A stretch of 64,000 nt of DNA from Candidatus Bathyarchaeota archaeon (lineage in GTDB: Archaea; Thermoproteota; Bathyarchaeia; Bathyarchaeales; Bathycorpusculaceae), in assembly GCA_963702095.1 (NCBI GenBank), contig OY969706.1, forward strand, positions 2,624,001 to 2,688,000, given 5' to 3'. The first letter of the stretch is position 1. Every line of letters starts with the position of its first letter. A program made the translations under genes and the position numbers. The notes under the pieces were generated by a model. The model saw only the letters and a list, made by a program, of their open reading frames with translations, ran no database searches and was not told the origin of the DNA. Shown here piece after piece: positions 19,698 to 28,973 of this stretch.

Positions 19698-22046
19698 TTA
19701 CTCCTTGGCTTTCCTGACCATTCTTGGAAGCATTGTAGGATCCGGAATTATTGATTCCTTCCAGTCGTTTGCTTTCAAGATTTCGTTGATTTCATCTTTC
19801 ATTGTGATGGGTATGTCGGCCGTTGTTCTGACAAACTGGTGGATATCTGGGGGCATTACGCCATAGTTGCGTTTGTGGAGATCGATGTAGTGAGTGAGTT
19901 TTCCTGAGCGACCTTTCCATGTATCGTTTGGTCTGAGGCAGAGTTTTGCGATTTGAACCATTGCTTCTTGTGGGGTTTCGACTGTTTGGAAGAGGTGTTC
20001 TGGTGTTGGGCCAACGTTCACTTTGTCGCCTGTGCGTGCATCGTAGACTTCCCAGTTTTCTGGTTTGTCTGATCTGCCCATGAGCATACGGCGGTATTTG
20101 CTTCCGTGGGGGCCGACGAGGACTGGAACACCAAGGCTCCAGAAGCCAGCTGCAATTGAGGCTGCTTTCTGTGAATATGCACCCCAAGCTAAGCCGACTG
20201 CGCCTACACGGTTGTGGATGTAATCGGCGATTTCCTCGTAGTTTCCTCTGAGGTTGCGTTTTGCGAATATGTTTGCAACTTTGATTGCTGCGCCTGCGAT
20301 GTGTGGGTTAGAGACACATGAACCAACGTTGAGGACTCCCCCGGCTTCGAATCCGCCTGGGAATTCTTCGTACAGTGTTTTGCCTTCTTCGTTCTTGTAG
20401 GAGCCTGCGGACATTGCTGAGCAACCGGAAGTTACGACGATGTATCTGCGTAAGGCGAATTCTCTGGCGATGTCGTAGACGTCTTTACCACCGTTTGGAT
20501 AGTTGGCGCATCCGACTAAAGCGACGATACCTGGAATTTCACCCAGTACGATTGGGCCACCGACGCTCCTGATTTCGACGTCTGAAACTGCACCTCTGCC
20601 TGAGCGACAGAAGTTCGTTTCTGCAAGCATCTTCTTTTCGCCGACTTTGAGTATGTAGCTGTGGATTTCTAGTTTAACTGGGCAAGCTTCTTCGCATCTT
20701 CCGCAGCCGATGCATGCTTCGTATAGGTCTGCAAGTTTTGAGTAGTCGCCTTCAGCTGCTGCTTTGATTGCGGGTTCAATCCTGAGGTCTTGTGGGCAGC
20801 TTCTTTGGCACATGTTGCAGTGGCGGCATTTCTTTGCGAGCTCTTTGATTTGATCTAGCTCTGGAAGTGATGATAGTTTCTTGCGCATTGGTGCAACTTT
20901 TTGAGCCACTCTAACAGCTACTTCGCCGACTTTTTCAGGGTCAAGAATTAGGACACCGGGTACTTTGTAGTTAACTAGATCATCGACGATTTGGTCCACT
21001 GGGTCGTTTGTGCGGTCTTTGTAGCCTATACAGTTTTTCTCTGATGCTGCAATGACTGGTGCTTTGACACGTTCAGCTTCTAGGTTACAGTCAGTTCGGA
21101 CACATTGCTCGTCTAGAACGACTACGTCTGCGAATCCACCGCGTATATAGCGGAGTTCCCAGGAGATTGGACCAACGATTTTTGCTCGGTCGTAGTATCT
21201 TGTGTTGTCGATAGCAGTGCAACATAGACCTACAACTTCCATTTTGTCGTCAAGTTTCTGGTCTTTCATGTAGTCAATAATTCCGACGGAAGGCACAACG
21301 TTGTGTCCAATGCACATGATGACTGGCTTTGTGTTATCAACTGTTCCGATACCCATCTTGATTAATGGAGCTTCAGGGTCTGCTTTTGGAAAGCCTAAAG
21401 TCGAAATTTGTGCAAGGTCGGCTATTTCCATACCTACTTGGTCCATTCTGCCTGCGTGGAATGCTTTGGACTCAAAGTCTAAATTGTTTGATTCTTGACC
21501 GGTGTGTGCAGCAGAAACTAAGTGGGTAATTTGTGATTCGGTGTATGATAAAATGTCGTCTAAATCGCCGAGAGTTTCAGGTTTTACTCCGGTGATAAGC
21601 CTAGTGACGGGGGCTTCAACCTTAACGTTTAAACCGCCTACGTTAAGTGGATATTTTCGACCGTATATCTCAATTAAGTGGTCAACCACATGTCGAGCGT
21701 GCCCGTTGTGGGTGGCAGCTCCAATGCAGCAAGCAATGAGCACGATACGTGACGATTGGTCTGCTATGTTGAGCCCGCACGCGCCGCGTTTTCCAGCTGT
21801 TAGGTCACATTTACCGTATGTGCACAAGCAGCAGAGATCACAGTCGGGCAAGTAGAAGGGCTTGTATTTGTTGAGCAGTTTCATATCCCAGTCGCGTAGG
21901 GTAGTTATGTGGGGCATCGGGGTTGGACCCATTGGTTCATCCCAGTTGTCTGTGACAACCTTGCCAATGGATAACTCGAGGTTTTTTATTAGACCAGCGT
22001 TGGTCTTCATCTCGCCTATTTTTACATGGACGTTTTTACTAGTCAA
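19698..22046 (-). CDS. cdhA: ACDS alpha subunit (archaeal CO dehydrogenase)
   Basis: MGPTPMP, CDLCCLCTYGKCDL, GHNV, GLCCT, DEQC, two ferredoxin motifs, GCANYP, GSCVSN. Confidence 0.97.
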   Translation of the reverse strand: MTSKNVHVKIGEMKTNAGLIKNLELSIGKVVTDNWDEPMGPTPMPHITTLRDWDMKLLNKYKPFYLPDCDLCCLCTYGKCDLTAGKRGACGLNIADQSSRIVLIACCIGAATHNGHARHVVDHLIEIYGRKYPLNVGGLNVKVEAPVTRLITGVKPETLGDLDDILSYTESQITHLVSAAHTGQESNNLDFESKAFHAGRMDQVGMEIADLAQISTLGFPKADPEAPLIKMGIGTVDNTKPVIMCIGHNVVPSVGIIDYMKDQKLDDKMEVVGLCCTAIDNTRYYDRAKIVGPISWELRYIRGGFADVVVLDEQCVRTDCNLEAERVKAPVIAASEKNCIGYKDRTNDPVDQIVDDLVNYKVPGVLILDPEKVGEVAVRVAQKVAPMRKKLSSLPELDQIKELAKKCRHCNMCQRSCPQDLRIEPAIKAAAEGDYSKLADLYEACIGCGRCEEACPVKLEIHSYILKVGEKKMLAETNFCRSGRGAVSDVEIRSVGGPIVLGEIPGIVALVGCANYPNGGKDVYDIAREFALRRYIVVTSGCSAMSAGSYKNEEGKTLYEEFPGGFEAGGVLNVGSCVSNPHIAGAAIKVANIFAKRNLRGNYEEIADYIHNRVGAVGLAWGAYSQKAASIAAGFWSLGVPVLVGPHGSKYRRMLMGRSDKPENWEVYDARTGDKVNVGPTPEHLFQTVETPQEAMVQIAKLCLRPNDTWKGRSGKLTHYIDLHKRNYGVMPPDIHQFVRTTADIPITMKDEINEILKANDWKESIIPDPTMLPRMVRKAKE

Positions 22047-22181
22047 ATTGAGAACCTCTGTAAAGGTTTACCTCTAAACTTTCTGACAATGTTTTTAAAC
22101 CTTTCCAGATTTCTTATGCAAAAGTCATGGGGCAGTTAGAGATATGCAAGTTTTAAAAAACTAATGTAAAAGAGAAGTGGA

Positions 22182-22955
22182 CTACAGATAACCCAGCGTA
22201 TTGAGGATTTTTTTAACCGAAAGGTAAGCTTTGTTGTCGTTTGGCAACTCTAAAAGGGATTCGCCGTCGAGAACAAACTGGTCTAATTGCTCGTCCGCCT
22301 TGATTTTACCCAAATATTTGAATTTTAACTCTTCCTCTGCCTGCTTACCCAGTTCTGAGGGGAAACGGTAACCGCCTACTAAGTAAAAGTTTTCGAATTT
22401 CATGTCAACTTCTTTAGCAATTTTGTAAGCACGTCTGACATGATCTTGCGACTTTTTGGAGTGGTCTAATATGTCAAAGATGTCGCTGACGTTACTGGTT
22501 ATGCGGCGGTTTAGGTTTTCCAGCCCAGCAGGAGAATCGACGATTACGTACTTGTATGTTTTAGTCAAGCTTTCCAAGGCGCCTTTGAGTGCGCTGTTAG
22601 GCATGCAGTAGCATCCTTCCACCCATTTGTTGCCCACAGCCATAAAATCGAAATGTTTGGTTTCATAGAGCCCCTTTTCCCAAATACGAGCTTCGATACG
22701 CTGAGTTGGGGGAACGCCGACTGTGGTGCCGCCAGTTTCGATGAAGGTGCTTACAATGAGGTCTGCTATGGTTGATTTACCTGCTTCTTTGAGGTCCACA
22801 CCCAACATTTCACCAAGGTTTTGGTCAGGGTCAGCATCAACCAATAGGATGGGAGATTGATTGGATTCGATGAATGCCTTTGCCATTAAGGCGGTGAAAC
22901 TGGATTTTCCGGTTCCACCACGACCGACAGTAACAAGAGTTTTCATATCTAACAA
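22182..22955 (-). CDS. cooC: CO dehydrogenase/ACS nickel-insertion ATPase (CooC/AcsF family)
   Basis: GRGGTGKS, LVDADPDQNL, EGCYC, DSPAGLE. Confidence 0.9.
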   Translation of the reverse strand: MLDMKTLVTVGRGGTGKSSFTALMAKAFIESNQSPILLVDADPDQNLGEMLGVDLKEAGKSTIADLIVSTFIETGGTTVGVPPTQRIEARIWEKGLYETKHFDFMAVGNKWVEGCYCMPNSALKGALESLTKTYKYVIVDSPAGLENLNRRITSNVSDIFDILDHSKKSQDHVRRAYKIAKEVDMKFENFYLVGGYRFPSELGKQAEEELKFKYLGKIKADEQLDQFVLDGESLLELPNDNKAYLSVKKILNTLGYL

Positions 22956-23081
22956 ACCTCAAAGAGAGTTTGCTATTTTTTAAAGCAAAGCTCGCATATA
23001 TTGTCTATGGTTCTTAACCCTAACTTTTGACCTGTTTTTAGCTACACTTAGCACTGCAAAAGGGTAATTTAAACCAAAAAA

Positions 23082-23654
23082 TCAAGGCGTTTGTTCGCCA
23101 GATCTGCCAATACGCGCCGCATCATCTTTAATGCCCTGCAATTGTTCAGCAGTCGGTTTACCCCTAATGTCGCCCAGTCTGCCTTGAGTGCTGTATTCTT
23201 TTTGACCATGGAATTCACTTAGAACATACCATTCAGCAACAACACTAAAGCCAATGTGATCAAAGTATTGCCCAATATCTTTGCCGACGGGAGTTGCCTC
23301 AGCGATTCCCGTGTGAGGACCTGAGTAGGTAACGAAAACTATGGCTTTTTTACCTTGATATTTTGGGGCGCCGAGCTTGATTTTTCCGTTTTCTCGGTAG
23401 TAATTGAATTTTTTCTTAAGAAAAGCAGTTATCTGTTCGGGAGGATGCCAAGAATGGGAAGGGCAGCCTACGCAAACTAGATCGTAGTCGAAAAAGTCCA
23501 TGTTTTCGGCTTCCTCAGGCTTCTTTAGGGTTACGTGGAGGTTGGCTTCTTCTAGTCCCTGCTTTATGGCGTTGGCTACTTTCTCTGTGTTACCGGTTTT
23601 TGACCAGTAGATTATCAGTGCAGTTTCAAGTTTCTTAAATTCATATGGCTTCAT
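23082..23654 (-). CDS. Flavodoxin-like protein (paralogue of 50728-51264)
   Basis: IYWSKTGNTEKVANAI, VGCPS, FVTYSGPHTG, GRLGDIRGKP. Confidence 0.88.
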   Translation of the reverse strand: MKPYEFKKLETALIIYWSKTGNTEKVANAIKQGLEEANLHVTLKKPEEAENMDFFDYDLVCVGCPSHSWHPPEQITAFLKKKFNYYRENGKIKLGAPKYQGKKAIVFVTYSGPHTGIAEATPVGKDIGQYFDHIGFSVVAEWYVLSEFHGQKEYSTQGRLGDIRGKPTAEQLQGIKDDAARIGRSGEQTP

Positions 23655-23712
23655 TGTTGGTTCGCCTGATTAGTCATGCTATGCTGTTTCTGTTACATGT
23701 TGTGCTTTATAA

Positions 23713-23892
23713 TAGTAGATCAAAATTTGGGCTTTTTTGTTTTTTTAGTGTTAGATGAAAGCAGAGCAGCCCTTGCTCTTCTTCTTCCTATGGACTGTGT
23801 GGGCATTGTGCTTTGCGTTCTGCAACGGATTTGGGTTGCTGGCTGGTTGTGGAGCAAACTACAAGCAGAACCGAAGAAGCTTTGACCTACGG
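23713..23892 (+). mobile_element. MITE-like element, 180 bp
   Basis: Left end TAGTAGATCAAAA, right end TTTGACCTACGG (imperfect TIR); colinear with the reverse complement of 52225-52404, same length. Confidence 0.75.
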
Positions 23893-24082
23893 TTAAATGG
23901 AAGATTGCAATTGGGGGCGGTTGCATTTGGGGTTTGCATGTGATTGCTGTTTTTGCAGTTAGTATGTTGCTAACTTTATTGGTGCGATTGCGTCGAAAAA
24001 ACGTGGATTGCATGGGTAGCCACAGCATGTTGGGCTCTCAAACAACAAACCATAAGAACGCACACAAACAACAAGAACTTGT

Positions 24083-25078
24083 ATGACAAAACTGCTCTTG
24101 GTCGCCTGTATAGTAACCTTGTGTAGTCTTTTAGCAGTCCCTCTGATGACGCTACCATTGCCTACTCTTGAGGATAAACCCCAAACGACACCACAAAGCA
24201 TCCAACAGCCAACTCCACCACCTCCTGTTGAGTCAACTCCTACACAAAGCCCGTCACAGCCGCCTAAAAGCACACCCACAAGTACGTCTCAGACCACCCC
24301 CTATCCCTATCAACCCCCTACACCCCCAAATGCTCAACGACCGATTAACCGCAGTCTAAGTGAGGCGGTGGGGAACGCCACTGACTACTTGGCACAAACA
24401 AAGGAGCCCTATGCTCTGCTGATGCTTGATGTAATTCATCGGCGTTTTGGGATAGACGAATTTAACGATTCTTTACAGGTTTTTGATGCACAACTGGCGA
24501 CTAACCGACCGGACGCGCCTATTCAACGAGTATTTCGCCGTATTGCCGATTATTCTAACCCAGCGTTGCAGCCTACAGATTTCTATGTGGTACACTTCGA
24601 CCTTGACTGCGTGACGGTCCCCGCTCTGTATTCTGACCGAATAAACCTGCCTGACGATTATTCGTCAACCTTCACAAGCGCCGTTGGCAACGGAGGCTAC
24701 TTATTGACACATGCATTACTGGCGACTATTTGGTTTAAAGACAACCACTATAACCTGGGTTTCTCAGATAATTCCATGCAATATCTTTACCGTGCAAACT
24801 CTGCATTAATCGGCGGCGACTCAGTGGTTACGGACCTCGAATTGGAAGCCGCCGCGTTCCTCTACTTGGCGGGGCAAGGCGAACTGGTTAACGACGCCTT
24901 CGTCCAACACGTCATTGCAGCCCAGAATTATGACGGCGGCTGGTCTTCCTCAAGCGACTCTGCGGATAGCTCATTTTGGCACACCTCAGTTTTGGGACTG
25001 ATGCTATTACTGCATGTGGAATATCCTGCTTCATATTATCCGCCGATGCTGGCGTCTGCACCAGATTACAATGGATAA
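24083..25078 (+). CDS. Secreted/membrane-anchored protein with Pro/Thr/Gln linker and helical domain (alpha/alpha-toroid-like QNxDGGW motif)
   Basis: N-terminal hydrophobic segment, PT-rich linker, AQNYDGGW...WHTSVLGL. Confidence 0.7.
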   Translation: MTKLLLVACIVTLCSLLAVPLMTLPLPTLEDKPQTTPQSIQQPTPPPPVESTPTQSPSQPPKSTPTSTSQTTPYPYQPPTPPNAQRPINRSLSEAVGNATDYLAQTKEPYALLMLDVIHRRFGIDEFNDSLQVFDAQLATNRPDAPIQRVFRRIADYSNPALQPTDFYVVHFDLDCVTVPALYSDRINLPDDYSSTFTSAVGNGGYLLTHALLATIWFKDNHYNLGFSDNSMQYLYRANSALIGGDSVVTDLELEAAAFLYLAGQGELVNDAFVQHVIAAQNYDGGWSSSSDSADSSFWHTSVLGLMLLLHVEYPASYYPPMLASAPDYNG

Positions 25079-25179
25079 AAACCATGCAAAAGCACCAAGT
25101 ATTCCGCATCACCCAAAGATGGTTGGTCGTTAATTGAATAACAAATTTCAAATATGAGCCCCCGAACATAAGACGACAG

Positions 25180-26265
25180 GTGCAGTTAACAATGGGTAAC
25201 GATTACTTTAGCAAGAAACTTGAACCAATCAAAGTTACCAAACAAAAACCAATCTCACAGTTACTGAAAGAAATGAGCAAAACCGCGTATCAAGGCCGCA
25301 AACTAGGCGAAGCCGTCGACGTATGGGAAAACATGATTAAAGAAAAAGACATCGTCATCGCAATGGGTTTCGCGGGTTCCATGTCTACGGCGGGTCAGTG
25401 GACAATCGTCAACTGGCTCATCGAAAACCGTTTCATCGACGTCTTAGTCTCTACTGGCGCAAACGTTTCTGAGGACATCGTGGACGCAATGGGACTTGGC
25501 TACTATCAGGGCAGCCACATGGTTGACGACTCACAATTGCTCCACGACGATGTTAACCGCTACTACGATGTTTACGGCAAAGAAACTGACTACCGCAAAA
25601 TGGAAGATGTAGTAACAGACTACGTTATGACCTGTAAGGAAGAGTACATGTACACTTCAGCAGAGTTCCTAAATGGACTCGGCAGGTACCTTGGAAAGAA
25701 AAAGATTCCCGCTATCTCTGCGGTTGCAGCAGCCAACGGCGTCCCAATTTTTAGCCCCGCTATGGTTGACAGTGCATACGGCGAAACCTTCCTCCTTGCA
25801 AAGAACAAAGGCCACAACGTCCACATCGACAGCGTCAAAGAATTCGACCAATTCGTCAGTATAGGCACAAAAACCAAAGAAGTCGGCGTAATCTACATCG
25901 GCGGAGGCGTCCCCAAAGACCTAACCCAACTCATCGCTATATCCGTCTCTCCGATGACTGAGGACCAAGGAGTTAAAGGCAGAAAAGGCGGCTTACGCAA
26001 GAGCATACAAGAATACTATTACCCCCATAAATATGCCATCCAAATCACCACTGACTCCCCGCAATGGGGCGGCTTAAGCGGATGCACACTTGAAGAGGCG
26101 ATTAGCTGGGGTAAAATCAACAGCCAAACCGGCACCCGCGCGGTCTGCTACTGCGACGCAACCATCGCTTTGCCGCTGATATGCCACGCACTGGCTGAAC
26201 GCGTCCCTGAGAAGCGGAAGGGTCCAGACATGAGCTGGATCTTCAAAGACATGCCAAAAGCGTAA
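25180..26265 (+). CDS. Deoxyhypusine synthase-like protein (divergent, possible homospermidine synthase type)
   Basis: STGAN, PAMVDS, GGGVPKD, WGGLSGCTLEEAISWGK, CDATIALP. Confidence 0.9.
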   Translation: MQLTMGNDYFSKKLEPIKVTKQKPISQLLKEMSKTAYQGRKLGEAVDVWENMIKEKDIVIAMGFAGSMSTAGQWTIVNWLIENRFIDVLVSTGANVSEDIVDAMGLGYYQGSHMVDDSQLLHDDVNRYYDVYGKETDYRKMEDVVTDYVMTCKEEYMYTSAEFLNGLGRYLGKKKIPAISAVAAANGVPIFSPAMVDSAYGETFLLAKNKGHNVHIDSVKEFDQFVSIGTKTKEVGVIYIGGGVPKDLTQLIAISVSPMTEDQGVKGRKGGLRKSIQEYYYPHKYAIQITTDSPQWGGLSGCTLEEAISWGKINSQTGTRAVCYCDATIALPLICHALAERVPEKRKGPDMSWIFKDMPKA

Positions 26266-26275
26266 GGAAAAATTT

Positions 26276-27244
26276 TTATTTTTTCCTATTTTTATTTAAT
26301 CGGTCAATTAGGGCGCTTGTCATTACGGGCATGACCATTGTGGCGTCGCCTTCGATCATCGTCATCTTTGCTTTTTCGTTGATTTTGCCCCAGCTTACTG
26401 CTTCGCGGGGTCGGGCGCCGCTTAGGCTTCCATCCCACTCATCTGCAGTAGAAATGTAGACGACGTAGTCTAAGCCGTCTTTGAATTGGTTCCACCAGAT
26501 CGTGTGGTGCTTGCTGATGCCTCCGCCGACGATGAGGGCACCGGTTTTTTTGGCGTCGAAGACGAGGTTGTTTAGGTATTCTTCGTCTTTTAGGATGTTT
26601 ATGCGGAAGTCTTTGTGGTCTTGGCTAAAGAACCAGTATTGGTAACCGACTGAGCCGTCGGTTGGACCGGGGACGATTATGGGTATGTCGTTTTTGGCTG
26701 CCCAGTAGAGGATAGAGGACTCGTTGCAGCAGCGTAGTCCGATTTCCCGGTTGATTTCGGCGGTTGAGAATTCTTTTTTGCCCTCACTGTAGAGTTGTTC
26801 GAGCATGGGAATGATTTTTTTCTCGATTACGATGCCGTAGCTGTCGTTTGGCACCAGCACGTTGCCCAAGCGGTTGACGCCTTCTTGATGCAGTTTGCTG
26901 TCGCTCATGATGAAGCTGCCTTTGTAGTAGTCTCTCCAGCACCGGGCGACATCGTGGTCGAGTGTGCCGCAAGTGGTGATGATGACGTCTACGAGTTTGC
27001 GTTTCACCAGCTCCCGGATGACGCCTCTTGTGCCGGTGGCGATGATGTCGGCGGTGAATGAGAGGAATTTGACGCATTGCTTGTCCTCTATCATAGCCTC
27101 CATTATGTTGACGCCTGTGGCAAGTTTACCAGCGGTGAAACCCCACGCAGACTCCATCTGACCCACCAGTTCGTCGACGGTCATGTTTTCTGTGAACTGG
27201 TAATCTTTCACTGCGATTTTGTGTGCTTCACGCGTTTTAGGCAT
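26276..27244 (-). CDS. dys: Deoxyhypusine synthase (canonical archaeal type)
   Basis: TCGTLDHD, NRLGNVLVPN, TDGSVG, GGGISKHH, DGSLSGARPREAVSWGK. Confidence 0.93.
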   Translation of the reverse strand: MPKTREAHKIAVKDYQFTENMTVDELVGQMESAWGFTAGKLATGVNIMEAMIEDKQCVKFLSFTADIIATGTRGVIRELVKRKLVDVIITTCGTLDHDVARCWRDYYKGSFIMSDSKLHQEGVNRLGNVLVPNDSYGIVIEKKIIPMLEQLYSEGKKEFSTAEINREIGLRCCNESSILYWAAKNDIPIIVPGPTDGSVGYQYWFFSQDHKDFRINILKDEEYLNNLVFDAKKTGALIVGGGISKHHTIWWNQFKDGLDYVVYISTADEWDGSLSGARPREAVSWGKINEKAKMTMIEGDATMVMPVMTSALIDRLNKNRKK

Positions 27245-27309
27245 ATACCTTGTCTCCGATGCAGAGGTTAAACAAGTAAGGAGATAAATAGGTTTAGAAA
27301 AACCGTCGC

Positions 27310-27470
27310 TTATTCAGGCGTTTGTTTTTCTATTGTTTGTTGTTGCTGAGGATCTCCTATGCACAACAACAACCAGCGGTTTGTGCCGTCGATTGCTTTT
27401 GGCGAAATGCGTCTGTTTTAAGCTGCCTGTTGGTTGTGGCGGATTCCGCAAGCAACCCCGCAAGCAGAAG
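27310..27470 (+). repeat. Degenerate copy of the intergenic MITE-like repeat
   Basis: TTTGTTTTTCTATTG...ACCAGCGGTTTG...GATTGCTTTTGGCG...TGGTTGTGGCGGATTCCGCAAGCA aligns with other copies; boundaries approximate. Confidence 0.55.
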
Positions 27471-27609
27471 CGTCTGTTGCTCTGCTGCCACCTACCTTTC
27501 GGGAAAACCTCCGACTACACGTCAGCTATAAGAAACGCCAACTATAAGAAAATCGCCAAACCAATAAAAACAGGAAATGCTTAATCAAACGAAAGTTTAC
27601 CTCTTCTGG

Positions 27610-28478
27610 TCAAGGACCTAACCCTGTTTTTCGGTGTCGCATGTAGAGAAAAACGGCGATAGCGACCAGTAAAACTACAATGGTGACAGCGGTGATTTCG
27701 GCTATGAGTGTTGAGAGGGGAATGGTGGTTGTGTCTGGTGGAGTTGCTATGGTGTCGGTGTTGGAGTCAGCGGTGAAGGGGTTGGTGTGGCAGTGGGTGC
27801 TGGGGATGTTGGATTAGGTGAGTGTGATGGACCTGGACCAGAAGGAAGCTTCTGGTTGCCTAATGGTAATCTTGTTTGGGTTCCATCGTCATTAAATACT
27901 ACATGAGATACATCGCCGGGGAAAAATAGAAAGATGGCTTCTGATCTATCGTCGTTCAGGAAGTAAATAGCCCGTTCAATTCCGCTGCCGCCAAAAAAGT
28001 CCGGAGCTCCAGCGATTTTGTTGAATTCGGATTCTAAAGCTCTGTTCTTAACTTCGCCTTCTAAAGCGCTTATTTCTTTGCTGTCATATAGTTCTGCTGC
28101 CTGTTCAGCACTTAATCTGGGCTGATCTTCTGGTAGGTCTCCGATGGCGATAAGGACGGGTCGTCTCCATTCGCCTGGCAAACCAATACTCTTGTCAGCA
28201 ATAATTTTGTCCAGTTCTTCTTTTTGCTCACTGGTTGCCTTGGCATATGCCGACTCATAGAATGAAACGTTCGAATCGTTAATGATTGGAGGCGGGGATG
28301 TGTATGATGCAAGACCTGAGTAAAATATTGAGAATGTAACTGAAAGAACAAGCGTGACTGTGATTGCCGCAGCAATTGGTAGGGAGTGACGTTTCAGTCT
28401 TGTCGTTAAGGGCATTTGGGGTTGCGGGCAATAATCTATGAGATTTTTAATCCTTTTTTGTATATTCATCTTCTTCAC
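27610..28478 (-). CDS. Membrane protein with N-terminal IKNLIDYCPQP motif, TM helix, extracellular domain and PT linker; main frame ends at 27747, and a C-terminal TM anchor follows in the -1 frame to 27610
   Basis: Overlaps the upstream HTH gene; -1 frame reads TIATPPDTTTIPLSTLIAEITAVTIVVLLVAIAVFLYMRHRKTGLGP*. Confidence 0.75.
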
Positions 28479-28932
28479 CGGTTATTTTATCGAAAAGTGC
28501 TTCGGCGAGTTTGGATGGCAAAATCTTGCTTGTATCATCTAAGAGCAGGAAGTTGCGGTCTTTGGCTTCTGCCAGTAAAGTGTTTCTGCATGTTTCTAGC
28601 TTTTTGCATTTTTCGCAGTCGCCTTCGTGCTTATACCAAACTTGGACGCCATTCTTGGCGGAGAAGGTTACAAAAGCTGGGGTTTTAAAGGGGTTGCTGT
28701 ATCCTTTGAGAAAGCCCCGTTCAGCATTGAGGGTTTCAATGTCGATTTTGTTGATTTTTGCGACTTCTTGGAGGGCATCGCCGATTTTTAGGTTGGCAAT
28801 ATCGAGCGACTTGTGAACTGTTTGGCGTGTGACGTTTAATTTCCGTCCAATTTGTACTTCTTGAAGTCCGCTGCTTTTAAGGTCCCAGATGATTTTTTGC
28901 TTGGGCGTTAGGTATCCGAAGCTCAGAGTCAT
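28447..28932 (-). CDS. HTH transcription regulator (sigma70 region-4-like N-terminus) with CxxC-x5-C C-terminal domain
   Basis: LTPKQKIIWDLKSSGLQEVQIGRKLNVTRQTVHKSL; VWYKHEGDCEKCKKLETC; paralogue of 56542-57024. Confidence 0.85.
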   Translation of the reverse strand: MTLSFGYLTPKQKIIWDLKSSGLQEVQIGRKLNVTRQTVHKSLDIANLKIGDALQEVAKINKIDIETLNAERGFLKGYSNPFKTPAFVTFSAKNGVQVWYKHEGDCEKCKKLETCRNTLLAEAKDRNFLLLDDTSKILPSKLAEALFDKITGEEDEYTKKD

Positions 28933-28941
28933 TTTCCAATC

Positions 28942-28973
28942 CTGTAAGCTACTAACAGCTTACAGTGTAAGCT
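28942..28973. promoter_or_regulatory. Palindromic operator CTGTAA-N12-TTACAG plus an extra half-site, between a TATA-like box and the HTH start
   Basis: CTGTAAGCT-ACTAAC-AGCTTACAG (28942-28965), third half-site TGTAAGCT (28966-28973); 9 bp from the ATG. Confidence 0.75.

Noticed and set aside
2596-22077. Numerous long antisense ORFs inside copA, fprA, pur and cdh genes
   Set aside because: Shadow ORFs caused by codon bias of well-supported genes; no motifs.
22062-22083. AAAGGTTTA-CCTC-TAAACTTTC imperfect inverted repeat upstream of cdhA
   Set aside because: Single imperfect instance in AT-rich DNA; spacing differs from the similar site at 46396, so a shared regulator is unsupported.
23676-23885. 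Small hydrophobic ORFs in repeat copies (DQNLG.FV...; also 38268, 52224, 56189) as a peptide or toxin family
   Set aside because: Reading frames shift between copies and starts and stops are not conserved; DNA-level repeat similarity explains them. Not fully excluded.
27747-27749. TAG read-through (pyrrolysine) of the YCP-motif gene
   Set aside because: In-frame read-through hits another TAG after 14 codons; the plausible continuation is in the -1 frame.
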